Part shown: piece by piece, positions 16,676-26,052 of the stretch
How positions within the stretch are numbered: position 1 is the stretch's first letter
Layout: each line of letters begins with the position of its first letter
Virus record (IMG/VR): IMGVR_UViG_3300025635_000008
Coordinates: 1 to 38,967 of that record
Origin: a virus
Lineage: Duplodnaviria; Caudoviricetes
DNA: 38,967 nt
Strand: one strand, 5' to 3'
Notes under the pieces: model-generated
The model's database searches: none
The model's input: only the letters and a program-made list of their open reading frames with translations
What the model was told of the DNA's origin: nothing
Translations under genes and position numbers: made by a program

Positions 16676-16884
16676 TTATTGGGTAAAATTTGGGTTTTCA
16701 AAGTTTTCAAGACCAAACAATGGCCTACGTTGTCACGATTGACCCAAATTTACCCAATAATCCGCCTGTGGATAAGTCTTGATTTACCGTCGATGAGGAG
16801 GGGTGCGTGAGTGGCTTAAACGGCTCGCCTGGAAAGCGTGTTTCATCGACGGAGAATATATTGTTTTTGGGTTATAATTGGGTT
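16676..16884. mobile_element. attP-like region with integrase arm-type repeats around a tRNA fragment
   Basis: TTGGGT pairs at 16679/16690 and 16867/16878, an inverted pair at 16742/16752; immediately downstream of the integrase remnant. Confidence 0.7.
16797..16841 (+). tRNA. 5' half of tRNA-Ser(GGA), incomplete; likely att core
   Basis: GGAGGGG-TG-CGT GAGTGGCTTAA ACG-G-CTCGC CT GGA AA GCGTG; no variable arm, T arm or 3' acceptor strand. Confidence 0.8.
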
Positions 16885-16896
16885 TTTTTATTGAAA

Positions 16897-17583
16897 TCAA
16901 GCCAAAGACTGAATAATTTTAGCAATCTTTTCATGGACAAATTTACTCTTCCAATAGATACCGTGACTCCGAAGCATGAATTGATTTAGAGGATTGAAGG
17001 ATTTAACCTCATAGTCATGCACCATCTTAAAGTTTGGATTCTTTGAAATAATCGTAGAAACAGGATCACGCCCACGCCAGAAGTTATGAAATTGCGGAAG
17101 GTCTGGGTTCATCTCACCAAAGTTTTTATATCTGACAGAAAAGTAACAAAAAGGGCTTCCCATTACAATTAAGCAATCAGTCTTGAAATCAAATGTTGCG
17201 CCGTAGCCCACGATTGAGCCGAGGGAATGGCCTATAATGACACGCTTTGAATTGTCCCTACACTTAGCGAACTCTTGGCCCAGAAGTTTGTTGAGGTCAT
17301 GTATAAAATCACCTTCTTCGGGTGGCCTCTTGGGATATCCATAGGCCAAGACATCTCCAATAAAATCACAAGCAAACCGCCTAACCTTGGGCCACGGCAA
17401 GTGTTTCATCCATGAGTAAATCTTTGCCTCTCTTGGAGCCAACAGGGAGCTATAATCAATCGGATGCCATACAATGTCCGAATCAAGGGGTAGGTACTTC
17501 CTGATTCCATTTACAAAGTCATCGTAGGATGACGGATCGAATTTCTGGCCTATTCCGTGAATTAAAAAAATGTCCAGACTCAT
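16897..17583 (-). CDS. Alpha/beta-hydrolase (lipase/esterase-like)
   Basis: IHGIG, GHSLG nucleophile elbow, MGSP, RDPVS and SHGIYW. Confidence 0.85.
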   Translation of the reverse strand: MSLDIFLIHGIGQKFDPSSYDDFVNGIRKYLPLDSDIVWHPIDYSSLLAPREAKIYSWMKHLPWPKVRRFACDFIGDVLAYGYPKRPPEEGDFIHDLNKLLGQEFAKCRDNSKRVIIGHSLGSIVGYGATFDFKTDCLIVMGSPFCYFSVRYKNFGEMNPDLPQFHNFWRGRDPVSTIISKNPNFKMVHDYEVKSFNPLNQFMLRSHGIYWKSKFVHEKIAKIIQSLA

Positions 17584-17670
17584 CTCACCACCTCCACTTA
17601 AAGAGAGTCACAAAGAATCGCCCGTCCTTGTAATGATCCTTGAGCCATAGAGCCAAACGCTTTAATTTCC

Positions 17671-17937
17671 TCAAAATATAGCCACGCAGTCATTAACATA
17701 ATGTATATGATGGCGTCCAGCATGACCACGTTCCCGATTGCATCTTAGCGTTTTGTCGTCTTTCCACATAGTCCAACAAAGTTTTTTCTTCCCTTCTCTC
17801 TTCACTTCGACAAGGTTCCATAGATAGCAGGGGCCAGTTAAAGGGTAATTCTTAGGCTCCGGCTTCTTAGCGCACCCGATTATGGCTAAACCGATTAATG
17901 CAATTTTAATGTAACTCAAATGTATTTTTTTACGCAT
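17671..17937 (-). CDS. Putative lipoprotein (o-spanin candidate)
   Basis: IALIGLAIIG-C lipobox followed by Pro-rich sequence, located in the lysis region. Confidence 0.55.
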   Translation of the reverse strand: MRKKIHLSYIKIALIGLAIIGCAKKPEPKNYPLTGPCYLWNLVEVKREGKKKLCWTMWKDDKTLRCNRERGHAGRHHIHYVNDCVAIF

Positions 17938-18066
17938 ATATGTAAAATCGTCGACGGTAACTATATGTAACTAGTATGTAACTAATGTATTTATTGTGTA
18001 AACAGAATGCATACAATTAAAGGTAGCAGGTTAATCATGCATCCCCAGAACCAGACTCCGGCACCG

Positions 18067-18177
18067 TCAATGTCCATTGATTATTACCTCGATTAAAATT
18101 AAAAGCCCAATAAGCGGAAGTAGACAGATTATAATTGGGATTCCAAAAAGCATGAGAACGTCAATTAGTTTTCGCAT
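18067..18177 (-). CDS. 36-aa membrane peptide (not in the ORF track)
   Basis: MRKLIDVLMLFGIPIIICLLPLIGLLILIEVIINGH. Confidence 0.45.
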   Translation of the reverse strand: MRKLIDVLMLFGIPIIICLLPLIGLLILIEVIINGH

Positions 18178-18265
18178 ATTGTTATTTTTTCGCATTTCTC
18201 GCAATAAGATAAAACATCACTCTCGTCTTTTTTAATAAACTGATATCCGCAATGATCACATCTAG

Positions 18266-18703
18266 CTAGCATTCTGTAATCACCAGTTTGAATTCGTCTT
18301 TTTTGTCCAGAAGCATCATAAATTCATGGTAAGCCACTCCGCTGGACTGAACGGAAGTTACGGGTTTATCCGACTTCGATGTCATCACGTCCTGATAGTT
18401 CTCTCCAAGAATAATGCACCCCTCGCTATCCCATACAAAATTCCCCTTGTGAATCAGGATATCAGTCCTGTTAGGGACATTCGTGACCTCAAAGCATGAT
18501 CCGTGTTTTGGCTTCACAACACGCTTGCAGGTATATTCCCCTTTAGGTATGCAAGAAACAGACTTTTGATTATTGAGCCACGGCCTTTCCATTGTGAGCG
18601 CAAATGGAATTTTCCCTTCCGATAAAATAACCCCTAGCGTCCAATCTTGGCTAAGGGCTATTCTTTTAATTACCATCAACGGTATCGGCGTGCTATTCTC
18701 CAT
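18266..18703 (-). CDS. DUF5675-type protein, putative endolysin
   Basis: TMERPWLNN...SCIPKGEY...ILIHKGN...SEGCIILG. Confidence 0.8.
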   Translation of the reverse strand: MENSTPIPLMVIKRIALSQDWTLGVILSEGKIPFALTMERPWLNNQKSVSCIPKGEYTCKRVVKPKHGSCFEVTNVPNRTDILIHKGNFVWDSEGCIILGENYQDVMTSKSDKPVTSVQSSGVAYHEFMMLLDKKDEFKLVITEC

Positions 18704-18705
18704 AT

Positions 18706-19008
18706 TTACCCCTTTTTGCCCGTCTCGACAAGCAAAGCATGAATCTCTCTCAAGACATTGCTCAAGTCGCCTCGAATGTCATTCATGGATTTTGTCGTCA
18801 ATGATTGATTGGCTTCGATCAATAGAAACTTGGAATAATTCCGATCCTCGATTTTCTTAAGCTCTGATAGCGTCTTAAAGATATTTTCTAGCTTCCTATC
18901 AATAGCCGTCTGCTTCATGCCGATGATGGTTTGTTTCCATTCAGACAAATTTTGCTTTGATATGTCCCTCACAAAGAAACTCTTAAATTCCCGATATAGA
19001 CGTTTCAT
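18706..19008 (-). CDS. Coiled-coil hypothetical protein
   Basis: Start at MKRLY by ATGA coupling. Confidence 0.6.
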   Translation of the reverse strand: MKRLYREFKSFFVRDISKQNLSEWKQTIIGMKQTAIDRKLENIFKTLSELKKIEDRNYSKFLLIEANQSLTTKSMNDIRGDLSNVLREIHALLVETGKKG

Positions 19009-19310
19009 TTTTTGAGAATCACCAGCCCCAAAAGAGCGGTAATGACTGATCCGACAACGATCCTCGATATCCATTTCTTAGAATCACGATAATCCTCAAT
19101 GCCACATTTTAGGTCGGGCATTATAATTGAATGTTGCATGAGGACTTTCTCAATCTCATCAATTCTTTTCCCCATCCCCTGATTAAATTGAGTAAAGCTC
19201 TTATCAAGCGATGCAATGGTCGCATTGAGAGAATCAATTTTAGAAATCATGTTGACGCGAAACTCAACCTGATCCGTGGCTTTTTTTATTTCTTCTTCCG
19301 ATGGTGTCAT
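19005..19310 (-). CDS. Holin-like protein (coiled coil plus C-terminal TM)
   Basis: WISRIVVGSVITALLGLVILKK C-terminal TM; upstream of the putative endolysin. Confidence 0.55.
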   Translation of the reverse strand: MTPSEEEIKKATDQVEFRVNMISKIDSLNATIASLDKSFTQFNQGMGKRIDEIEKVLMQHSIIMPDLKCGIEDYRDSKKWISRIVVGSVITALLGLVILKK

Positions 19311-19334
19311 TGATTATCTCCCCAATTATATTTT

Positions 19335-19379
19335 TTACCACTCACCCGTCCTGATTGCGTCAGCCTCCGATGGTGTCAG
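19335..19379 (-). pseudogene. Relic 3' end of a paralog of the 19376..19720 gene
   Basis: Reads LTPSEADAIRTGEW* versus FTDSEVDAISSGSW; ctgattgcgtca is repeated at 19351 and 19401. Confidence 0.65.
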
Positions 19380-19720
19380 TCATATCTCCAACTGCCCGAA
19401 CTGATTGCGTCAACCTCTGAATCAGTAAATCCAAGTCCGATAAACTTTGCTTTTATTCCGTCGGAGAATGATTTCTTGGCGTTCTCTGCGTCAATCTTTT
19501 CTTGCTCTTTGGCGTCCTTTTCTTCTTGGGGAATCTCATAAAGAAAGTGATCCTTCAAATCCACCTTAACATGATCGCGCGGAACCGTTTTAAGAATCGA
19601 CATATCGATATCAATCAGAACGTCTGGGCGCCCTTTATAATCGGGTACGCTGAATCCTCCTTCGGGATAAACCTCTAAAATCTCTCCGTCGTTTGTGTTG
19701 AAAATCACCATGTTCGACAT
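19376..19720 (-). CDS. Tail-fibre-associated protein (chaperone-like)
   Basis: Position after the fibre genes; C-terminal LGFTDSEVDAI. Confidence 0.55.
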   Translation of the reverse strand: MSNMVIFNTNDGEILEVYPEGGFSVPDYKGRPDVLIDIDMSILKTVPRDHVKVDLKDHFLYEIPQEEKDAKEQEKIDAENAKKSFSDGIKAKFIGLGFTDSEVDAISSGSWRYD

Positions 19721-20481
19721 TATCTATTCCCTCCAAAAAATGTTAAAGGCGGGCCGTTGCTTGATCCTACGGTTCCAGCTGCAACCCCAATACTGCCATT
19801 GCCAGTTAAATCCTGCACAAGTGCCGTGTCACTCGATCCGCGCCCATAATAGGCAGAGAAAACCAGCATCGTTGACGATGGGACTATAAACTGTTCAGCC
19901 ATCTCCGCTGGTGTCAGAGCACCTTTATAAATTCCAACCCAAGCAATTTGACCAGGAAATGCACCAACCGAGCCGTCGCGGTTCCCGACGGTTAGCGGGT
20001 TCGGCGCGTCTGAATCAATCGCACCTGCGCCGTCAGTAATGCCCTGATACGTTGCCTCTCGAATAGGGGCCGTTGACCCTATTGCGTAATAGATATTTGC
20101 GATGTTATTAACGGAACCCTGACTATTAAACACAAGTCCGACTCTCCACCAGTTATTGAGAGAAATAATTTGATTTGTCGTGTAATCCGTGTCGGTTGTG
20201 ACCCTGTCAACATTGACCTGCAATTGACCGAGGCTCGTGTTCATGAATATAACTTTTCTGCCAGTGACCGCCGCCCCTTTTCTGATCAGAATTCTATTCA
20301 CGGCCCAAGATGTTGGATAAATCCATGCCAGCCATGTAAATGGGTCGAGATCATCAACGACTGACTGAGAGCCGTGATTAACAACGTCGGTTGTGGCTGT
20401 GCCGAAGGTTAAACTCGAAGCTGACCAAGCAATTCGATTGGCTAAAATAATCGCAAGAATAACAGTCAATATTTTCGTCAT
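19720..20481 (-). CDS. LamG/concanavalin A-like domain protein with a signal peptide
   Basis: FTWLAWIYP, NNWWRVGLVF, LTVGNR, FPGQIAWVGIYKGALT; hydrophobic N-terminus ending AWS. Confidence 0.8.
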   Translation of the reverse strand: MTKILTVILAIILANRIAWSASSLTFGTATTDVVNHGSQSVVDDLDPFTWLAWIYPTSWAVNRILIRKGAAVTGRKVIFMNTSLGQLQVNVDRVTTDTDYTTNQIISLNNWWRVGLVFNSQGSVNNIANIYYAIGSTAPIREATYQGITDGAGAIDSDAPNPLTVGNRDGSVGAFPGQIAWVGIYKGALTPAEMAEQFIVPSSTMLVFSAYYGRGSSDTALVQDLTGNGSIGVAAGTVGSSNGPPLTFFGGNR

Positions 20482-22451
20482 GGTTCCTTCTTGTAAACCA
20501 TCGGAATCTGGATCATCAGATTCATCATGTACAAATCTCCGCTTAAATTTGTAGTTCCTAAAATTGCCGTGTCATTTCCTCTGCCAATTTCAAAAAATAC
20601 CTGCTCGTATGCTTGCCAGTTTAGGGCTGACATTGATTGAGTCCAAGAACAGGTATTGAATGTTCCTGTCGATCCTATAAGTAAGCACGTCTGCGCTCCT
20701 GTAGAATTTGCGTAATTGTAAACGCCGGCTCCATTCGCAAACGTGGCTGTGGAATTAAATAAAATGGTCACATTTTTATTCGGACCAGCCGTCTTCGGGA
20801 TAACCGTCGTCATAAAGAGCACATTTGAGCTGACATCCACGTCCTCGGGGAGTATAAATTTCCCATGAACCGTTTCAGTCAAAGTCCCGTCAAATGCCCT
20901 CACAAGCATTGGCACAAGGGAAAGCCCATATGGAGAGGCATAGGATGCCGTTGATTCTATCGTCGCAAATCCAGTTGATAACGCATGAAGTGACGCCATA
21001 TCAAAATTAAGGGCGTAGACACCTGAATACGTGGAGAAACGGATAACGCTTGTCAGCGCGTCTGTGGTGGATCTAAAGTTTTGGAATGTGGTAATTTGTG
21101 AATCCGTCGTTGACCTGAAATTTACAAATGTATTGCCTCTTGCGTCCGATGTAGAGGTGAATCCGGCGTAGAAGTTTTGAATATTTGTCGTAGATGTTTT
21201 GATCGCCGTGATCGTTGAATTGATATGGTTGAACGTCGTGTCAGTTGTGGAGCGGAAATTCACAAAAGTGTTCCCGCGCGCATCTGAAGTGGAAGTGAAG
21301 CCAGCATAAAACGCCTGAATGTTTGATGTCGATGTCCCAACGGCTTGAGTGGTTGACGTGAAGTTTGTAAACGCTGTCCATGTTGACGAGATTAGAGCAT
21401 TCGCCTGATCTGTAGTTATCCCACTCCCAGACGCTGACACGGCTTTCCCAAAACCAATGATGACATTCGATCCATTAACTTGAGTCGCTATTAATCTATC
21501 GCCAACGGATGCTCCACCAGTTGCAAAGACAGCTGTGTAATTCTGGAACGTAATCGAACTTTGCCTAACCTCAATCCCACTCGCAGATATAGATGAAACT
21601 CCTGCCATGTAAAGTCCGGCGTTATTCCCGCGCACCGTTATAGAACCGCCAACAACATCAATCATAGATGTGGGGTTTGTGCTACCTATGACCATCCCAG
21701 GGGAAGGGCTAAAGGTAGGACTTTGTACCGAGTTTAATAAAAAGAAATCCCCAGCTTTTATGTAATAACCATTTCTCCCAGTTGTCACACTATTAAGCTC
21801 CAATAGTGAATATTGTTGATTTACTCTTCCTTCCTTTATGTAAAGCATCGGTGCATAATCAGTATTAGATTCAAAATTGTTATAAATTCTGACGTTGCTT
21901 GATATGCCAACGTGCTTGTCAAATATAGCATCACCCAAAAAAGTCGTTGAACTTGCAAACGTCGGGCTTCCCGTCACAGTCCATGTCGCTTCCCTCTGAA
22001 TGTAAGAGGTGTCACCATTTGGTAATGGAATTCCAGATGATCCTCCAGTTACAAGTCCCTGAGCCGTAATAGAGGAATAATCAATATCAATATAGGCCGT
22101 AGCATTATTTACAAGATTAACCTTAAAAGGGCCATTTGCAAAACTGATAATAGAAGTCGGACTAGATATGATTGTAACTGACTGCAATGTCCCTGTGCCT
22201 ACCGCTAAAGATGAAGCCCCTCCTCCACCCAAAGCCAAGGCGGCTGTAGCTTGTGCAATATTATTTACCTGAGATTTAAGAGAAGTAAAGGATGAATCAA
22301 TAATGTCAAAGTTAGAATTGAGCTTGTCACCAGCAGGACGAGAACTGACTTGTCCTGTCGTAGGTTTAAGCAATCCTAATGCCCCTGTCGTAATAGTATC
22401 AGACCAAACATTCGTAGGTAGAAGAAGTAGAGCTAGGAGCCATTTTTTCAT
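20478..22451 (-). CDS. Tail fibre/spike protein with a signal peptide
   Basis: TTGALGLLKPTTG...LNSNFDIID fibre anchor motif, IGSTNPTSMIDVVGG repeat, Ser/Thr repeats; leader MKKWLLALLLLPTNVWS. Confidence 0.75.
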   Translation of the reverse strand: MKKWLLALLLLPTNVWSDTITTGALGLLKPTTGQVSSRPAGDKLNSNFDIIDSSFTSLKSQVNNIAQATAALALGGGGASSLAVGTGTLQSVTIISSPTSIISFANGPFKVNLVNNATAYIDIDYSSITAQGLVTGGSSGIPLPNGDTSYIQREATWTVTGSPTFASSTTFLGDAIFDKHVGISSNVRIYNNFESNTDYAPMLYIKEGRVNQQYSLLELNSVTTGRNGYYIKAGDFFLLNSVQSPTFSPSPGMVIGSTNPTSMIDVVGGSITVRGNNAGLYMAGVSSISASGIEVRQSSITFQNYTAVFATGGASVGDRLIATQVNGSNVIIGFGKAVSASGSGITTDQANALISSTWTAFTNFTSTTQAVGTSTSNIQAFYAGFTSTSDARGNTFVNFRSTTDTTFNHINSTITAIKTSTTNIQNFYAGFTSTSDARGNTFVNFRSTTDSQITTFQNFRSTTDALTSVIRFSTYSGVYALNFDMASLHALSTGFATIESTASYASPYGLSLVPMLVRAFDGTLTETVHGKFILPEDVDVSSNVLFMTTVIPKTAGPNKNVTILFNSTATFANGAGVYNYANSTGAQTCLLIGSTGTFNTCSWTQSMSALNWQAYEQVFFEIGRGNDTAILGTTNLSGDLYMMNLMIQIPMVYKKEP

Positions 22452-23923
22452 TGTTTTTTGCCTTTGTTACGCATATTGTCAATAGTTTCAGATAATTTTA
22501 GTCTTGTTGCTTGTTTAATTACTGGACTTACCACATTAGTTGTTTGCTCAACAACAGGAGATCGTAAACCTCTTGCTGCACCTAGAGTAAATCTATTCCC
22601 AAGAAGAAACCGGACAGCAGCATTTTTAACATTCCCAAATTTTGCACCAGTATCAGACACTTGCGGTAAAAGTGATGTTTGTACACTTTGAAGAAAATGA
22701 TTACGATTAATAAGTTTGGAAACTTCAGGAGCAGTTTCACTCAACATTTGTCTAAGACCATTCGCAAAAGCTGCCCTAGCTTCGGTTCCAGGAGCTATAT
22801 CGTTCGTTGCTTTTAGATAATTTTTATTAACCTCGGCATCTAGTTGTCCTAATAGATCATAGGCATCCGATTTACTGATAACACTCCTACCTGGAGCAAT
22901 ATCGGACATTAACCGTCTAATTGTTCTGGCTTGACTTTTTTGACCAATAGAGGACTGTTCTTTAGCTAAAGGAGCTAAGTTATTTCTTATTTTGTCTAAA
23001 TCAATCCCTGAACCTTCTTGTAACTGTGAAATTCTAATAGGTTCTCCAAGTTTTCCTGTCCTATAAGTTCCAACATCCCCAACCATAGCGCTTTCGTCAG
23101 CTTGTTGAAGTTTACTTCTAATAACAAATCTGTTTTGTTCAAGTTCTTTGCTAATATCGTCATAAACTTGATTTTTGCTTTGTCCCGCTCCATACTTTGT
23201 CCTTTCAAGAAATTGCTCACTAAGAGATGTTTTCCCATCTCTACGAAGATTCTCGGAAATAGAAGAAGGGGTATTAAGATAATCAGTAGCTATGGCTTTA
23301 GGTAAATCTTTTGTTAATGCTTCACCAACTTTCCCTGCTCCATATCCAATAGCTCCAAGAACTCCACCACCCATAGCCCCAGATGCCATATTTGAAGCTG
23401 TCTCTAATGGCGGCTTATTCTCTACTCCACCTTTAGCCGCTTCATATGTTGCCATTGTCAATCCAGCTTTTGCCATTGCCGCTTTAACTGCTCCAAGTCC
23501 AAATCTTGAAACCAATAAACTAGCAGGAGTACCAGAAACCATTTCAGATATTACAAGAGGAACTACTGATCCTGCCATCTCTCCAATTTTTTCTGGAGCT
23601 AAGTATTTATCTGCAAAAGTCTTTTCCTTACCCTGCTCATTGAAAATGCTCCCTTCCATTGCCTGTTCTTCAGGAGTCTTTTTCTCAAGCAGTCCCATAG
23701 TAGCTCCACGAACAATTCCTCTCCCAAGTTTTTGATTAGTATCAAGCATTTGAGAACCTACTGCTTTCATAGAAGGAAGAACTGCCTTTGCATAAGAAGA
23801 CAATGACGGTTCTTGACTCGGAGTTAAATCTAATCCTAAGCCCCTCTTTGGTTCTGTTTGTGTAGGACTTGAATTAGACGAAGAATTTGTGTTAATGTCT
23901 GATAAGTCTAATCCAAGACTCAT
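22448..23923 (-). CDS. Putative DNA ejection (internal virion) protein
   Basis: Helical, with Gly/Ala-rich hydrophobic segments; third of three genes after the nozzle. Confidence 0.6.
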   Translation of the reverse strand: MSLGLDLSDINTNSSSNSSPTQTEPKRGLGLDLTPSQEPSLSSYAKAVLPSMKAVGSQMLDTNQKLGRGIVRGATMGLLEKKTPEEQAMEGSIFNEQGKEKTFADKYLAPEKIGEMAGSVVPLVISEMVSGTPASLLVSRFGLGAVKAAMAKAGLTMATYEAAKGGVENKPPLETASNMASGAMGGGVLGAIGYGAGKVGEALTKDLPKAIATDYLNTPSSISENLRRDGKTSLSEQFLERTKYGAGQSKNQVYDDISKELEQNRFVIRSKLQQADESAMVGDVGTYRTGKLGEPIRISQLQEGSGIDLDKIRNNLAPLAKEQSSIGQKSQARTIRRLMSDIAPGRSVISKSDAYDLLGQLDAEVNKNYLKATNDIAPGTEARAAFANGLRQMLSETAPEVSKLINRNHFLQSVQTSLLPQVSDTGAKFGNVKNAAVRFLLGNRFTLGAARGLRSPVVEQTTNVVSPVIKQATRLKLSETIDNMRNKGKKQ

Positions 23924-25068
23924 TGTTTCATCCTTCTTTTAATTTCAGCCAATTTCTGATCTGGGGTTCCCTGTAACGAGTCTATAAAGTTCAACTCTTC
24001 AGGAGATGATTGGCTTCTTAATTTATCTAATTCTTTTTGACCTTCATTCTCATATTGATATGGATTAAATGGCTTTAAGGTTCCAGTTATAAGAGATGGA
24101 TCAATTTGATATTTTGTCGAAAGAGTTTCATATTCATTCCGTAGATTGTTGAATGTATTACCTCTTTCATTTCCAATAATTTTTGCTCCCGTAACTAATG
24201 CTAAACGGTCTTCATTGGTCATACCAGCACCACCTTGACCTACCTTTTCAAGTGCGCCAGCAATTCTATTTACCATCGGAAGATTCTCTGGGGTTCTAGC
24301 ATATTCGGATTCCCTAACAACAGATTGAGGATCAGTCAATTTATTAAACATTGTTATCAATGCCTGATCCAAAGCAAGTTGATTCTGTTTGTTTCCTTGT
24401 AATGCATTCTTAAGCAAAGAATCCATTGATTTAATTGATGTGTTCACAGTCACAAAATCTTTAACTTCAGGACGATTTATAAATTCTTGTCTAAGCCTGC
24501 TGGCAACAGTAACATCTCCGCCACCTGATCCTTCTCCAATCAAAGTAGTCGTATCACCTGTTCCAGGAGTTGAAGGAATTTCTTGTAAAATCTTCCCAGT
24601 CTTCCTATCAACAAATCTATGTACTCCGGATTTCATTGGATTTAACTGTCTTTCTCTCAAATTCTTCTCAATCTCGGACATCTCTTTAGCTTGATCCAAA
24701 GTTCCTGTCCCCATAGCTTCACGAGCGGCATAAATCTTATCCTGCTCGGCTCTTTGTTCAGGAGTAGTGTTCTCGTCAATTCTCATTGTCTGAGGATTCA
24801 AAGGCATCGTTAAATCACGCATAGGCGTCTGCCCTTGAAGCTTTTCATTTATGTCTGCCTTTAACTTTTGTCTTTCTAAATTAGCCTTCTTGATCGCTAG
24901 GACATTATTGATGGTATTGCTTACAATATCTCCAACTCCACCAATTAATTTAACACCTTGATTAAATCTATCAGCAGTAGTTGTCCCTGGTTCTTCTCCA
25001 CCACTATTATAAAAAGACTGTTTTCTAATAAGTTCAGAAAGTGTATCTACATTTGGATAATTAGGCAT
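23920..25068 (-). CDS. Putative DNA ejection protein
   Basis: Synteny; DQALITMFNKLTDPQSVVRESEY motif. Confidence 0.6.
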   Translation of the reverse strand: MPNYPNVDTLSELIRKQSFYNSGGEEPGTTTADRFNQGVKLIGGVGDIVSNTINNVLAIKKANLERQKLKADINEKLQGQTPMRDLTMPLNPQTMRIDENTTPEQRAEQDKIYAAREAMGTGTLDQAKEMSEIEKNLRERQLNPMKSGVHRFVDRKTGKILQEIPSTPGTGDTTTLIGEGSGGGDVTVASRLRQEFINRPEVKDFVTVNTSIKSMDSLLKNALQGNKQNQLALDQALITMFNKLTDPQSVVRESEYARTPENLPMVNRIAGALEKVGQGGAGMTNEDRLALVTGAKIIGNERGNTFNNLRNEYETLSTKYQIDPSLITGTLKPFNPYQYENEGQKELDKLRSQSSPEELNFIDSLQGTPDQKLAEIKRRMKQ

Positions 25069-25077
25069 ATATTCTCC

Positions 25078-26040
25078 TTAATCAGCACTCCCGAAATATC
25101 CGCCAAGGCCACCTACCAATGCACCGCCAGCGGCTCCGATCCCTGTCCCGATCCCTGGGACAATACTTCCTAATAATGCTCCGCTAGCTGCCCCTGATAA
25201 TGCTCCTCCAGATGCTCCTGCTATCCCATTATTCTTTCTTCTGCTTCCCTGCAATCTTCCAAGTAATGCAGATAAAGATAACTGCCTCTGTGCCAAATCC
25301 ATCTGATCGGAATAGGCGTTTTTATTGAAAGCCAGATTTTGATTGAATTGATTCCTAGCGTCAGCGGCATTTTGCTTAGAAAAATCAAGGCTCTGATTGA
25401 ATTTATTCAAATCCAAAGTCCCTGAAGCTTTTTGACCCAGTATATTTCCTATTACAGAACTTAACGAGTTTGCTTCATTAACGTCTACCTGTCCGATTGT
25501 AGAAGAAGGATCAGCGGATACTCCTGACCGTAACCGACCCAATGCCGCTTCCTCCTCAACAGCCCTAGCTCTTAATGGAGCGAAGTTGCGGGAATTCGCC
25601 TCAATAGCGTTCTTTTGAAGCGGATCAAAAAGAGCATTGATTTGCTCAGCTGTAGCTCCCAAGTCAGTCGGTTGAGAATTAGCGGCAACTATCTCTGGAT
25701 TGCTCTCAATATACATATTCGACAAAGCATTCATTTTGTCAGCATTTAGTGTTCCAGTAATAAATTGTTTTGCATTGGAAGTATCTGCATTGAAAGCCAC
25801 AAATTGTTTAACTTGATCAACAGTTGGGACTTTTCCTGTTTTCTTGTAATAATTATCTACAAAAGAAGAACTTAACCCTCTGATAAAATCTTGAGTGGTT
25901 TCATACCTACCGTTATCATTAGCGGGTTGACCAAGACCAACATAAGCTTGATTGATAAGACCTTCATAATCTTGCGGTGACGCAATATCCACCCCAAGAC
26001 CGTAATTTGGAATTAAACTACTTAAAGGTTGTTCTGCCAT
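25078..26040 (-). CDS. Putative DNA ejection/pilot protein with a glycine zipper
   Basis: Q/N-rich helices and C-terminal GGALSGAASGALLGS...GLGG. Confidence 0.65.
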   Translation of the reverse strand: MAEQPLSSLIPNYGLGVDIASPQDYEGLINQAYVGLGQPANDNGRYETTQDFIRGLSSSFVDNYYKKTGKVPTVDQVKQFVAFNADTSNAKQFITGTLNADKMNALSNMYIESNPEIVAANSQPTDLGATAEQINALFDPLQKNAIEANSRNFAPLRARAVEEEAALGRLRSGVSADPSSTIGQVDVNEANSLSSVIGNILGQKASGTLDLNKFNQSLDFSKQNAADARNQFNQNLAFNKNAYSDQMDLAQRQLSLSALLGRLQGSRRKNNGIAGASGGALSGAASGALLGSIVPGIGTGIGAAGGALVGGLGGYFGSAD

Positions 26041-26052
26041 AAATTATCTCCT

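Noticed and set aside
16797-16870. Complete tRNA-Ser gene
   Set aside because: There is no variable arm, T arm or 3' acceptor strand
17908-17990. CRISPR array
   Set aside because: The repeats are 7-10 bp with no spacer structure, and no cas genes were seen
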